From the NCBI GenBank assembly GCA_043732185.1, contig JAYTHY010000074.1, positions 20,851-84,850 of the forward strand: a stretch of 64,000 nt of DNA, in the 5' to 3' direction. This DNA comes from Fibrobacteria bacterium. GTDB taxonomy: Bacteria; Fibrobacterota; Fibrobacteria; UBA11236. Below are positions 18,589 to 28,382 of this stretch, one piece after another. Within the stretch, counting starts at the first letter, position 1; the number at the start of each line of letters is the position of its first letter. Below the pieces are notes generated by a model that made no database searches, was not told the DNA's origin, and worked only from the letters and a program-made list of their open reading frames with translations. The position numbers were made by a program, and so were the translations under genes.

Positions 18589-20384
18589 GTGGAGGCTGGA
18601 GCATTCTGGGCTGCCAACACTTTTGGATCGATTTGAATATGCAATTCCCGGAGCTGTTTCAGTCCGACCTCGCCGGGGGCGTTCATCATCAAGTCCTGCG
18701 CTTTTTGATTCATGGGAAAGGCAATGATTTCGCGGATATTGCTCTCATCTGCCAATAGCATAACCATTCGGTCCACACCTGGGGCGATGCCTCCGTGCGG
18801 TGGGGCTCCCAATTTGAAGGCGTTGATCATGCCGCCAAATTTCTTATCCACCACTTCCGGGCCATAACCGGCGATGGCGAAAGCCTTGTACATGATATCG
18901 GGGATGTGATTGCGAATAGCGCCGCTGGATAATTCCACGCCATTGCAAACCAAATCGTATTGAAAGGCATTGATTTCCAGTGGGTTCTTGGTCAATAGGG
19001 CTTCCATCCCGCCCTGGGGCATGGAAAAGGGATTGTGTGAGAAGGCGATGCATTTGTTCTCTTCATCCCATTCGAACATGGGAAAATCGACAACCCAGCA
19101 GAAGCGGAACGCATCAGACTCAATGATATCGAGATCCTTGGCTACTTTAACCCGCAACAAACCGGCAATTTTGGCAGCCAAATCAGCCTTATCACATACA
19201 AAGAAAATGGCGTCCCCCGGCCCCACTTCGCACTTTTGGCGCAGCGCTTCCAGTTGTTCCGGCTTCAGGAATTTGAACAGCGGTCCCTTTACGGTTTCGC
19301 CGTTCCAGACCAAATAAGCCAAACCTTTGGAGCCAACCGACTGGGCGTATTCAACCAGCTTGTCAAAAAAGCTGCGCGGCTTATCCGCCACATTTTTAAC
19401 AGGAATAGCGCGCACCACAGCACCAGCGGCCACGGCGGATTTGAAGGCAACAAATTCCGATTCGGCAAACAAGGCACCCACATCCCTGATTTCAATTGGG
19501 ATGCGCAAATCGGGCTTGTCATTACCGTATTTGAGCATGGAATCCGCATAGGTAATCCGCCGGAAGGGAGTAGTATCAACTTTCTTCTTGGCGAATTCGA
19601 CGAAAAGCCCGCCAATCACGTGTTCCACCGCCGCAAAGACATCGTCCTGGGTCACGAAGGACATTTCAATATCAAGCTGGTAGAACTCACCTGGAGACCG
19701 ATCGGCACGAGCATCTTCATCTCGAAAGCAAGGTGCGATTTGGAAATAACGATCGAATCCGGCTACCATTAAAAGTTGTTTGAATTGCTGTGGAGCCTGA
19801 GGGAGTGCGTAGAATTTACCGGGATGGATACGACTCGGAACCAAATAGTCACGGGCGCCTTCCGGTGAACTGCTGGTCAAGATGGGTGTTTGGAATTCCG
19901 CAAATCCAGCATCCGTCATACGGCGGCGCAGACTGGAAATAACTTGGGTGCGGAGCATGATGTTTTTGTGCAATTTGTCGCGGCGCAAATCCAAAAACCT
20001 GTATTTGAGGCGCAGGTCCTCGGCCGTGTCCTCTTTGCCGTCCACGAGCATGGGCAGCGTCTCGGCCATGGATTGGATAATCAGTTCGTCCACCACGATT
20101 TCAATTTCGCCCGTATCCATGGAAGGATTAATGGTGCCTTCCGCCCTGGCAATAACCTTACCAGTGATAGTAATCACGCTTTCATATTTTAGATGCGTGG
20201 CCTTTTCAAAAAAGTCTCGCTCGGGATGGAAGACTACCTGGGCAATTCCGTAATGATCGCGCAAATCGATGAATAGGAAATGGCCGTGATCACGCCGGCG
20301 GAAGACCCAACCGGAAAGGCGAACGGTTTCGCCGACATGAGATTTTCTGATTTCGCCGCAGGTATGAGTACGATATGGATGCAT
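18585..20384 (-). CDS. aspS: aspartate--tRNA ligase
   Basis: 599 aa. [51 protein letters not shown] is the classic AspS anticodon-binding N-terminus. Class II motifs follow: [24 protein letters not shown] and [14 protein letters not shown]. Confidence 0.95.
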   Translation of the reverse strand: MHPYRTHTCGEIRKSHVGETVRLSGWVFRRRDHGHFLFIDLRDHYGIAQVVFHPERDFFEKATHLKYESVITITGKVIARAEGTINPSMDTGEIEIVVDELIIQSMAETLPMLVDGKEDTAEDLRLKYRFLDLRRDKLHKNIMLRTQVISSLRRRMTDAGFAEFQTPILTSSSPEGARDYLVPSRIHPGKFYALPQAPQQFKQLLMVAGFDRYFQIAPCFRDEDARADRSPGEFYQLDIEMSFVTQDDVFAAVEHVIGGLFVEFAKKKVDTTPFRRITYADSMLKYGNDKPDLRIPIEIRDVGALFAESEFVAFKSAVAAGAVVRAIPVKNVADKPRSFFDKLVEYAQSVGSKGLAYLVWNGETVKGPLFKFLKPEQLEALRQKCEVGPGDAIFFVCDKADLAAKIAGLLRVKVAKDLDIIESDAFRFCWVVDFPMFEWDEENKCIAFSHNPFSMPQGGMEALLTKNPLEINAFQYDLVCNGVELSSGAIRNHIPDIMYKAFAIAGYGPEVVDKKFGGMINAFKLGAPPHGGIAPGVDRMVMLLADESNIREIIAFPMNQKAQDLMMNAPGEVGLKQLRELHIQIDPKVLAAQNAPAST

Positions 20385-20501
20385 AAGGCCGGTAATTATA
20401 ATAGAAAGACGGATTCAGGCCAATCCCTCTAGTCCGGGGATTGGGCCAGAGCCGCTTTTTACCTATTTTAAACGGTTCCCAATGCCCACGCCATACACAA
20501 C

Positions 20502-21830
20502 ATGAGAGACCTCGGATTCGAAGGACTCTTTATCCTCATCCTGATTCTGGGCAATGGCTTCTTCGCCATGACCGAAATCGCCGTCGTTTCCGCCCGTAAA
20601 GCCCGGCTGCAACAATGGGCCAACGAGGGCAATTTGCGCGCCAAAAACGCCCTGGCCCTTGCTAACGCGCCCAACCGGTTTCTCGCCACCATCCAGGTGG
20701 TCATCACGGGTGTTACCCTTTTAACAGGTGCATACGGCGGCAGCACCATCGCAGAAAAAATTTCCTCGCATATGGTGGGCTGGCCTATTATTGGCGAATA
20801 CCGGGATCGCATTGGATTGACTCTGGTGGTGCTTGGCGTCACTTTTCTGCAGGTTATTTTGGGAGAACTGGTTCCCAAGACCATTGCCTTGCACAATGCC
20901 GAACGCATTGCCTCGCTAGTGGCCTGGCCCATGCAGGTTATCTCCAAAATGGCCTATCCTGTCGTTTCATTTCTCGGGATTGTCACCGATTTCATTCTGC
21001 GCCTAGTAGGCAGTAAGCCTTCCGACGAACCTCCGGTAACCGGCGACGAAATCAATGTCATGATCGCCCAAGGCACCGAGGCTGGAGTCTTCCAGGAATC
21101 CCAGCAGGATATGGTGGAAAGCGTTATCGAACTCAATGAACGCCGCATCAACAGCATCATGACGCCTCGTCCGGAAATCTCCTGGATCAATGTGGAAGCC
21201 ACGCCTGATGAATTACGCGAAATGATCCTCAGCAGCACGTATTCGCGCTTTCCGGTTTGCCAAGGCAATTTGGACCAGGTGCTAGGCATCATCCACACCA
21301 AGGATATGCTCGCGGATTGCATTTCCGGCCGGCCTATCGACCTTAAGGCGCGAACACGCAAAGCCTTGACCATTCCGGAAACTATTCCGGTGCTCAAATC
21401 CTTAGAGTCGTTTAAGGAAAGCGGCATCCATATAGCGCTCGTGATCGACGAATACGGAAGCCTGCAAGGCCTAGTAACCTTGAACGATATACTGGAAGCT
21501 ATTGTCGGAGACATCGCCTCACATGACCAAAAGGACGGCAACCCTGGGGCCGTGCAGCGTGAAGACGGATCCTGGCTGGTGGACGGCATGCACACCATTG
21601 AGGACTTCAAGGATTTGATGTCGATTGAAAAGCTGCCGGAAGAGAACACGGATACGTACCAGACCTTGGGTGGATTTGTAATGATGCAGCTCGGCCGCAT
21701 TCCCAAACCCGGCGATCACTTTCTGCAGGATTTTGTGCGCTATGAGGTGATGGACATGGACGGGAACCGAGTAGACAAGGTTCTGGTCAAGAAGGAGGAG
21801 CCTCCGAAGCCGGATGCTCGCTCGACGTAA
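20502..21830 (+). CDS. hemolysin-family/CorC-type transporter-associated protein (CNNM/DUF21 TM domain, CBS pair, CorC_HlyC C-terminal domain)
   Basis: N-terminal 4-TM DUF21 (LFILILILGNGFFAMTEIAVVSARKARL). CBS region SIMTPRPEISWINV..LGIIHTKDML..LQGLVTLNDILEAIVGDI. CorC_HlyC tail GSWLVDGMHTIEDF..GDHFLQDFVRYEVMDMDGNRVDKVLV. Confidence 0.9.
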   Translation: MRDLGFEGLFILILILGNGFFAMTEIAVVSARKARLQQWANEGNLRAKNALALANAPNRFLATIQVVITGVTLLTGAYGGSTIAEKISSHMVGWPIIGEYRDRIGLTLVVLGVTFLQVILGELVPKTIALHNAERIASLVAWPMQVISKMAYPVVSFLGIVTDFILRLVGSKPSDEPPVTGDEINVMIAQGTEAGVFQESQQDMVESVIELNERRINSIMTPRPEISWINVEATPDELREMILSSTYSRFPVCQGNLDQVLGIIHTKDMLADCISGRPIDLKARTRKALTIPETIPVLKSLESFKESGIHIALVIDEYGSLQGLVTLNDILEAIVGDIASHDQKDGNPGAVQREDGSWLVDGMHTIEDFKDLMSIEKLPEENTDTYQTLGGFVMMQLGRIPKPGDHFLQDFVRYEVMDMDGNRVDKVLVKKEEPPKPDARST

Positions 21831-23367
21831 CAGAATTTGATTCCTCTTTTTTGCCGGCTTCTTCTTTTTTCGCGGGTACATCGGGCAGTATGGTTCTTCC
21901 GAGTAGCCCATCCGGAACCCAAACCCATTCCTGATTGGAATCTTCAGCTAGCAATTCGCGCGCATGGCCATACATATGCAGTTTTGCGCCCCAAATTATT
22001 TTTTCCGTCACCGTAAACGTGCCAATATGTTTGGGTGCTAGTTTAAGCACCGCTTCGAATTTTTCCTTCTCCACCAGAATTACTTTTTCTTCGCCTTTTA
22101 CAGCCATGTATTGATCCAGCACGGCCTTAAGATCCGCTTTGGACCTATCCGACATGGTGCCCCCGAACCGGGCGGCCATGATCTTCATGGCCTTCAAACG
22201 GGTTTCAATGGGAGCCACTTTAGCATGCATCGCTTCCATGGTTTTTTCAATTTTCGCCAAGCCCGCTTTGGCGGCATCCGCATCCTTGTCCACGATAAAA
22301 ATTTCGGTGTGGCAACCTTCCCCTCCCAAAGCCGCAATATGCACGTCGCCGAAAGCCTTGAAATCTCCGCCCACTACCGAGCAACCTGATGCGTCCGCCT
22401 TTACGGATTTGGCCAAAACGGAACAATTGCGCAAGGCTTTTTCCACCGTGAGCATTCCCGATTCGCATTCAATGCGTATGTCTTGGGCACCCATGATATT
22501 GATATTGCCCTTGGCAGCAATACGCCCGGTGCTGTGGCCAAAAACACCTGCTTTGATGGTCACGTCCCCTCCGTGTGACACAACCACACCAGCGTCTACG
22601 CTGCCCTCTATCAGAATGTTCCCCTGAGCTTCCACGGTAAACCCGGTGGTTACGTCGCCCAACACTTGAATGTCACCCTGGTAATGCAAGTTGCCGCTTT
22701 TAAAATCGACATCGCCCTTATGCACGTATATGACGCCAACGCAAATGGCTCCGGCAAGATGGTAAACATAGCCGCCGGTGCTAGCTATAAGGGTCAGGCC
22801 ATCAGTCGAGACTTCTGTATTCACGCCCAGTTTAAACGAAACGTCTTTTCCCGGAGGCATGGGCTGGGATTTTCCGAAAATATCGCTGCCGCCATCGCCT
22901 TGCGTAGCGGGCGTTTTCACAGCCAATACATCACCCTTTTTAACTTGGTGGATATTGTCCACGTTTTTGTAATCGGCCTTGCCGTCTTTATCCAATACGG
23001 GCTTAACATCCGCATCAATTTTCAGTTTTTCCTGGATAAAGGCGTCTTTACTGGGCTTAGGAGGTGATCCGCTGGCCACAACAATGCCGCGATCGTATTG
23101 CTTGCCGCTGATCATCCGATCCACAGCCGCCCAATCAATGCCAAAAGTGACTCCAAGAGCGGTGAGTTTTTTGGCGATATCGTCCTGGGTCAGGGTTATA
23201 CCGGCCAACACAATCGATCCCTTGATGGTCAACGTGGCTCGGATAGGCTCGGCTTTAAGTTCCAGATAGTCGGCGGCCGTGCCTACTTGTGGTGCAGGTT
23301 CGGGTTGGGCCCCCGAGGGTTGTGCCGTCTCAACTGGGGGCGATCCTTCTTTGGATGCCTCGGCCAT
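21787..23367 (-). CDS. FapA-family (DUF342) protein
   Basis: 526 aa. Central beta-helical hexapeptide-like region with repeated G(D/N)V..G...I.A.G.I.I.G repeats (HKGDVDFKSGNLHYQGDIQVLGDVTTGFTVEAQGNILIEGSVDAGVVVSHGGDVTIKAGVFG...), then a coiled-coil C-terminus, as in FapA/DUF342. Its 3-prime end overlaps the convergent corC-like gene by 44 nt. Confidence 0.75.
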   Translation of the reverse strand: MAEASKEGSPPVETAQPSGAQPEPAPQVGTAADYLELKAEPIRATLTIKGSIVLAGITLTQDDIAKKLTALGVTFGIDWAAVDRMISGKQYDRGIVVASGSPPKPSKDAFIQEKLKIDADVKPVLDKDGKADYKNVDNIHQVKKGDVLAVKTPATQGDGGSDIFGKSQPMPPGKDVSFKLGVNTEVSTDGLTLIASTGGYVYHLAGAICVGVIYVHKGDVDFKSGNLHYQGDIQVLGDVTTGFTVEAQGNILIEGSVDAGVVVSHGGDVTIKAGVFGHSTGRIAAKGNINIMGAQDIRIECESGMLTVEKALRNCSVLAKSVKADASGCSVVGGDFKAFGDVHIAALGGEGCHTEIFIVDKDADAAKAGLAKIEKTMEAMHAKVAPIETRLKAMKIMAARFGGTMSDRSKADLKAVLDQYMAVKGEEKVILVEKEKFEAVLKLAPKHIGTFTVTEKIIWGAKLHMYGHARELLAEDSNQEWVWVPDGLLGRTILPDVPAKKEEAGKKEESNSVTSSEHPASEAPPS

Positions 23368-23406
23368 AACTTATTATATGTCTAGGCGTCCAAAATTGAC
23401 AAGACC

Positions 23407-24564
23407 TTAATGGGAGGCATCTACTAGCTGGGAAGCATTCACGAGGCGCATACACTCTCCCGCTACAATTTCCGCCCCATTGCCAGTGCCTAATACTCTG
23501 CTAAGGCGCTCCTGGAGGGGTTCCCAAGCACGGTTCCAAGCCCAAAGATCTTGAAGAACTTTTTGAAATTTTACTTTTGTCAATTCTGCAGAAACACCCA
23601 CCCATTCGGAAAATACCTCCTCTTCCAGGAGGAGATTGGGCAAGCCAAGCCGGGTGGAACGCAAAAGCCTTTTGCCAACAGCCAGCGTCAATGGATCCAT
23701 TACGGCCAAAATTGCTGTAGGAACCTGACTTAAAGCGAGCTCTAGCGTCAAGGTACCTGGAAAGGCCAACGCCCAATCCGCATCCGCCAAGGCGGATTTT
23801 TTGTCGGTTTGAATTGTGACAAATGGAACAAACTTGCCTCCCTGAAACTTCCGTAGCCATTCCCGGGACATGGCTGCCAAATGAGCGGGCATAAGCACCT
23901 GAATCTCCGGCTGTGGAAATGCACAGTCAACTCCCAGCACATTCAGTTCCAGTAAACGCTCCAGCCAAACCGGTAGATTGCGACCCCACACCGGCACTCG
24001 GCTGCCAGGACAGAGAAGCAGAATGGGTCGCCTAGTCACGGGTGGCTTTGGCAATGCGGGGGCGGAGACCAGGAAGTGTCCAACCGTCACTTTTGATACA
24101 GACCCGGAAAAATATTTGGTTTCAAAGGGAAACAAAACATGCACGGAACATCCCCGCAAGACCCGCACGGCGCGTTTGGTTCTTTGGCTTTGTGCCTGAT
24201 AGGCCCAGGCTTGCGGTGGTGCTAGGTAACAGACGCGTTTACCCATGGCGTGAGCCTTGGCTGCAAGCCGCAGATTGAGGCCGGGATAATCCACCAATAA
24301 TACCAGGTCAGGATGAAAATCCTTCAATACGGCCAGGGCGGTTCGATACATGCGGAAAAGGAAAAACGCCCTACGCAAAACATCCCAGACTCCGCTTACT
24401 GCGGTTTTCTCCAATGGAAACAGGGGTGATAATCCATGCGACTCAGCTGCAGATCCACCCAATCCCCTAATCTGCAATTCGGGTAATGTTTCCCTCAGGC
24501 GTCCGAGCACGGCACCCAGCATTTCATCTCCGGAAACTTCACCAGCCGAAACGAATATTTTCAT
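23407..24564 (-). CDS. lpxB: lipid-A-disaccharide synthase
   Basis: MKIFVSAGEVSGDEMLGAVLGRL matches the LpxB N-terminus (IFISAGE.SGD). ..VDYPGLNLRLAAKA..PQAWAYQ. I chose the ATG at 24562-24564 (MKIF) over the longer track ORF because the upstream residues look non-coding. Confidence 0.85.
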   Translation of the reverse strand: MKIFVSAGEVSGDEMLGAVLGRLRETLPELQIRGLGGSAAESHGLSPLFPLEKTAVSGVWDVLRRAFFLFRMYRTALAVLKDFHPDLVLLVDYPGLNLRLAAKAHAMGKRVCYLAPPQAWAYQAQSQRTKRAVRVLRGCSVHVLFPFETKYFSGSVSKVTVGHFLVSAPALPKPPVTRRPILLLCPGSRVPVWGRNLPVWLERLLELNVLGVDCAFPQPEIQVLMPAHLAAMSREWLRKFQGGKFVPFVTIQTDKKSALADADWALAFPGTLTLELALSQVPTAILAVMDPLTLAVGKRLLRSTRLGLPNLLLEEEVFSEWVGVSAELTKVKFQKVLQDLWAWNRAWEPLQERLSRVLGTGNGAEIVAGECMRLVNASQLVDASH

Positions 24565-25274
24565 GCAGGGGAGGCTGGATGGACCGGCGCGGATCCCGGG
24601 AGGTTTGGATCGACTCCAATCAAAGCAGCCGACGTTTGACCCAGCAGTCCAGACGTTAAGGATGGTGCATTGTGAGGCGGAATCCAGATGGTGTTCCAAT
24701 TGAATTGTTCAGCTGTTCGCAGATTGTCCAGTCGGTCATCGGCAAAATGGATCTCTACATTTTGGCCATGGCGATTGCGTAAATAGGCATCTACTTTGAC
24801 ATACGACTCCGGATGCGGCTTGCCTTGCCAATCCATGAAGGCGATGTCGAAAATTCCTTGCAGTTTAGTTCCGCCTAACTGGTTTTCTGATCCAGGCAGA
24901 ATGGATTCAAGCCCCATGGACTTGAGCCCGCGCACCACCCAGTCCATGCGGGCGTTGGTGAAGATGTAAATCGGATGAGGAATCCGCCCAAGCCAGGCAG
25001 TGAGATCCGAATCGACTGGAGGCAAGTGATGGTCCTCGATAGCGTGGATAAAATCACAATAATGATGCCTATCCATTCCGTGTTGTTCTTCCAACCCCTT
25101 CAAGGTAGTGCCGTATTTCTCCCACAACTGAAGCCGGGCTGCATCTGCCGCCTCAGGCGAATAGCCTAGAAAGGTTTGGATATACAAGTTGATGCGTTCA
25201 TCGACGGCTTTGAGTGTCGTCAAAGTGGATGGGTACAAGGTGTAGTCGTAATCAAGAAGTAGAATCTTGGACAC
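24561..25274 (-). CDS. HAD-superfamily hydrolase, pyrimidine 5-prime-nucleotidase-like (subfamily IA)
   Basis: MSKILLLDYDYTLYP is HAD motif I (DxDxT). ..IYIFTNARMD and ..KPHPESY carry motifs II/III. The stop overlaps the lpxB start (ATGA). Confidence 0.7.
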   Translation of the reverse strand: MSKILLLDYDYTLYPSTLTTLKAVDERINLYIQTFLGYSPEAADAARLQLWEKYGTTLKGLEEQHGMDRHHYCDFIHAIEDHHLPPVDSDLTAWLGRIPHPIYIFTNARMDWVVRGLKSMGLESILPGSENQLGGTKLQGIFDIAFMDWQGKPHPESYVKVDAYLRNRHGQNVEIHFADDRLDNLRTAEQFNWNTIWIPPHNAPSLTSGLLGQTSAALIGVDPNLPGSAPVHPASPA

Positions 25275-25275
25275 T

Positions 25276-25815
25276 TTAATTCAGTTCCAAAATGGAATTC
25301 AGCACGCCGTAGGTAAACCCCCAGATGGCTCCCGTACCCACACGTATGCAGGGAAACAGGACTTCCGGATGGTTGCCGCTCAAAGCCGCATTGCTGCGAT
25401 TCACGGGGTCAAGAAGATAGCTGAGGGCCAGCCAATGGTACTCGGCGATTTCCTGATCTTGAAGAAAAAGTGGGGGCTTTTCTTCCACTTCAAATAGAAA
25501 AGGAGCAACCACCAATGGCCGCCCAAGCCAACCTCCGGCGATGGCCAATGGCAAAGGTTCAACCAGATGCCACGGTTTTAGAGCTATCCCGCACTCCTCA
25601 AAAGCCTCCCGGATGGCGGTGTCCAAGATAGCCTGGTCTTCGGTCTCACGCCGGCCTCCCGGAAGGGCAAAATGCCCGGACCAAGGGTCCTCAGGATGGA
25701 CCGCACGCCTTAAAAGCAGGAATTCCGGGTCCGATCCAGACGTTCGGATCAATGCCACGGCAGCCTGGGGTTCATCCCCGGAACGGCCTTCGGATGTGAT
25801 GGAGTCCTGCGACAT
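25276..25815 (-). CDS. NUDIX hydrolase (CoA-pyrophosphatase-like)
   Basis: Nudix box GGRRETEDQAILDTAIREAFEECGI (G.{5}E.{7}REuXEExGu). 179 aa. Confidence 0.85.
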   Translation of the reverse strand: MSQDSITSEGRSGDEPQAAVALIRTSGSDPEFLLLRRAVHPEDPWSGHFALPGGRRETEDQAILDTAIREAFEECGIALKPWHLVEPLPLAIAGGWLGRPLVVAPFLFEVEEKPPLFLQDQEIAEYHWLALSYLLDPVNRSNAALSGNHPEVLFPCIRVGTGAIWGFTYGVLNSILELN

Positions 25816-25939
25816 ATTGAGATTATAAAGTATAAATTGGAGGTGTATTCGATATTAGGCAGGTTTTTAAAGGCTTCCGATGCATTCATCCGCCCCGAGC
25901 ACTAAGCAAGGTGGGTAATTTTTGTTAAATTCTGCGCGC

Positions 25940-26989
25940 ATGACCAAGCTGAACATTCTAGGTATGAGCCTTCCGGACCTGGAAGCCTTGGTCGTTTCCA
26001 TGGACCAGCCCGCCTTTAGGGCCAAGCAAATCCACAATTGGGTCTTTCAGAACCTGGAAACCGATTTCCGGAAAATGAGCAATTTACCCAAACCTCTAAT
26101 CGAAAACTTGGACGCCACCGCAAATTGCAGCGTACTTGAGGTTAAAACCTCCCAGCTTTCCAAGGACGGCACCCTCAAATGGGTCTTTGCCACGCATGAA
26201 GGGCACTTTTTTGAAACTGTCCTCATCCCGACTGAGGACCGACGTTCCGTATGTGTTTCATCGCAAATCGGATGTGCTATGGGATGCACCTTTTGCCGAA
26301 CGGCAACCATGGGCTTTATCCGCAACCTAACTTTGGGAGAAATCCTGGAGCAGGTTCATTTTGTAACCCGCTACCTGAAAGAAAAAGAAGGTCCAACCGC
26401 GCGCGTCTCAAATGTCATATTCATGGGCATGGGTGAGCCGCTGCTTAACTTAGAGAATGTGGCTCAAGCGTGTGACACACTCAATTCTCCAGAGGGTTTT
26501 GGGATAGCGAAGGACAAAATTACCGTTTCCACCTCCGGCATCGCTCCAAAAATTCTGGAATGGGCCGTGCGCGCACCAGACTTTAAACTCGCCATCAGCC
26601 TCAACGGAAGCAATGATGCGGTGCGTTCCGAAATCATGCCAGTGAATCGCCGCTATCCCATCGAGACCTTGCTCAAAACCGCGGATGAATATATTCACAT
26701 CACCGGCCAAAGGCTTACTTTTGAGTACATACTCATTAAGAACAAGACCTGCACACCGGAAGCCGCGCGCGAACTCAAACGCATCGCCGCTAACCGAAAT
26801 TGCAAAATCAATTTGATTCCATTGAACCGGGGCAATCCTGAAATGGAACCGCCGTCTGATGAAGAAATTTTAGAGTTTGAAAGAATCCTGGCGCAAGGCG
26901 ACTTCCAAGTCCTGCGTCGGCGACCCCGCGGGCCCGATATCTATGCGGCTTGCGGACAATTGGCCACAGAACAGAAGAAGGTAGCCTGA
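25940..26989 (+). CDS. rlmN: 23S rRNA (adenine2503-C2)-methyltransferase / tRNA m2A37 methyltransferase, radical SAM
   Basis: FRAKQIHNWVF (N-terminal HhH-like), radical-SAM cluster CVSSQIGCAMGCTFC, and downstream GMGEPLLN, ITVSTSG, C-terminal ..AACGQL. Start at Met7 of the track ORF. Confidence 0.92.
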   Translation: MTKLNILGMSLPDLEALVVSMDQPAFRAKQIHNWVFQNLETDFRKMSNLPKPLIENLDATANCSVLEVKTSQLSKDGTLKWVFATHEGHFFETVLIPTEDRRSVCVSSQIGCAMGCTFCRTATMGFIRNLTLGEILEQVHFVTRYLKEKEGPTARVSNVIFMGMGEPLLNLENVAQACDTLNSPEGFGIAKDKITVSTSGIAPKILEWAVRAPDFKLAISLNGSNDAVRSEIMPVNRRYPIETLLKTADEYIHITGQRLTFEYILIKNKTCTPEAARELKRIAANRNCKINLIPLNRGNPEMEPPSDEEILEFERILAQGDFQVLRRRPRGPDIYAACGQLATEQKKVA

Positions 26990-27597
26990 TGCTGACTCAA
27001 AACTTGCCGGAATATTGGGAAGACTTGTACAAAGCCAAAAAGGATGTGTGGGATCTGGGAAAGGTCAGTCCCATCCTGGAGGAATTTTTCAAGCATGACT
27101 CCTGCCCCAAGACGGGTCGGGTGCTGGTACCCGGCGCAGGTCGAGGCTATGATGCCGCCGCTTGGGCGCAACGCGGACATGAAACCCTGGCCGTGGACTT
27201 TTCCCAGACCGCGTTCGCGGCGTTGAATACGCTCACAGAAAAACAGCGCAAGCTCACGGTATTGAACATCGACCTCTTTGAACTCACGCCCAAAAGCACT
27301 CAGCCCTTCGACATCATTTTTGAATACGGCTGTTTCAACTCCGTGCATCCTGGCCGTCGCGATGAATACTTCGAAGTCTGGGACAGAATGTTGCAACCAA
27401 ACGGAATCGTGATCGCAGCATTCTTTCCTTTAATCCGAACCACCTCATTAGATGGTCCTCCCCATCCAACCTCCGAAGGCGAGCTCATGGCCCGTTTGGA
27501 TGGAGTCTTCGACGTGCAGGAAAAGATCATCCCCAAGAAGAGCATCAAGGAACGCGTTGGCAAAGAAGAGATTTGGATACTGACCAAACCAAAATAA
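26989..27597 (+). CDS. thiopurine S-methyltransferase (TPMT)-family SAM-dependent methyltransferase
   Basis: MLTQNLPEYWEDLYK...WDLGKVSPIL..GRVLVPGAGRGYDAAAWAQRGHETLAVDFS is TPMT-like, with W.. and a G.G.G SAM motif. The ATG overlaps the rlmN stop (TGATG). Confidence 0.7.
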   Translation: MLTQNLPEYWEDLYKAKKDVWDLGKVSPILEEFFKHDSCPKTGRVLVPGAGRGYDAAAWAQRGHETLAVDFSQTAFAALNTLTEKQRKLTVLNIDLFELTPKSTQPFDIIFEYGCFNSVHPGRRDEYFEVWDRMLQPNGIVIAAFFPLIRTTSLDGPPHPTSEGELMARLDGVFDVQEKIIPKKSIKERVGKEEIWILTKPK

Positions 27598-27612
27598 TAC
27601 CGAAATCCTTTT

Positions 27613-27639
27613 AGCCCTTTGGGGTTTCCCCACAGGGCT
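27613..27639. terminator. GC-rich near-perfect hairpin (11/12 bp stem, 3-nt loop) in the intergenic region after the TPMT gene
   Basis: agccctttgggg-ttt-ccccacagggct. There is no flanking U-run on either strand, so it is not a canonical intrinsic terminator. It could still pause or terminate transcription, or act as a regulatory stem. Confidence 0.35.
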
Positions 27640-27779
27640 AAACAATCGCAAACTTCCAAAACACCCTGCTAAAGCCATGGTTTCTAAGTAATTGGCCCGC
27701 AGCATCTGTACCTCCGCCACAAGTGGCGCTTGACCACAAGCCGTAGTATGCTCTAGGTCAAGGAGGCACAAGATACCCT

Positions 27780-28304
27780 ATGTCTTATTTCTCATCAAAA
27801 TCCACCTGGCTGAGCCTTGTCGATTTCGCCGAACCGGAAATCAGCCCCGATTTTCCGGCGTTGCACTACGGCACCACAACTCTGGAAAAACCCATTTCCA
27901 TGACGGCGGAAGATTACGATTATATGCGCATTACGCGCGACCTTCGGCATCGGCTGTTTTTCCATTTCAAGGAATGGGAATTTGGTCCGGCCCTGCTGGA
28001 AGACCATATCCAACTGGCGCAATCGGAATCCGAAATCGAAGAAATCCTCGCCCACTATTGTCATGCCCGTCACGTTGCTGTTACCCTCGTCACTCGCAAC
28101 TGCCAGCCCTTCTATCTTATCGCATGGTTGGAAACCGATCAAAAAATTGCGGAGATGCATAAACATCTCGGCAATATCGACAGCTGCGCGCTCTATGCAA
28201 AAGAAGGGTTGAACACGATAAAGAAAAATAAATTCGCACCAGCTTTGGACATGCGCATCACAAAACTTGCCATTCAGTTTCGCGAAATGCTTGGACTTTC
28301 ATAA
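27780..28304 (+). CDS. hypothetical protein
   Basis: 174-aa ORF with coding-like composition and no recognisable motifs (MSYFSSKSTWLSLVDFAEPEISPDFPALHYG...). Confidence 0.45.
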   Translation: MSYFSSKSTWLSLVDFAEPEISPDFPALHYGTTTLEKPISMTAEDYDYMRITRDLRHRLFFHFKEWEFGPALLEDHIQLAQSESEIEEILAHYCHARHVAVTLVTRNCQPFYLIAWLETDQKIAEMHKHLGNIDSCALYAKEGLNTIKKNKFAPALDMRITKLAIQFREMLGLS

Positions 28305-28382
28305 TTTCCACATGGCGGCAGCCATCTTTACCGGAATCCGACTTCGTAGACAAATGAGAGGGGCCGAATTGTGGTATAATAA

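Noticed and set aside
20385-20501. T-box riboswitch upstream of aspS
   Set aside because: The leader is only ~117 nt and lacks a specifier-loop/antiterminator architecture. Only a single hairpin is present.
20954-21706. 250-aa ORF antisense to the corC-like gene, plus 20468..20947 (159 aa) on the same strand
   Set aside because: Lies entirely within a well-supported CNNM/CBS/CorC gene on the opposite strand. It has Ser/Pro/Cys-rich, non-protein-like composition and no start context. It is a shadow ORF.
22139-22627. 162-aa plus-strand ORF inside the FapA-like gene
   Set aside because: Antisense to the repeated beta-helix coding region. No start context.
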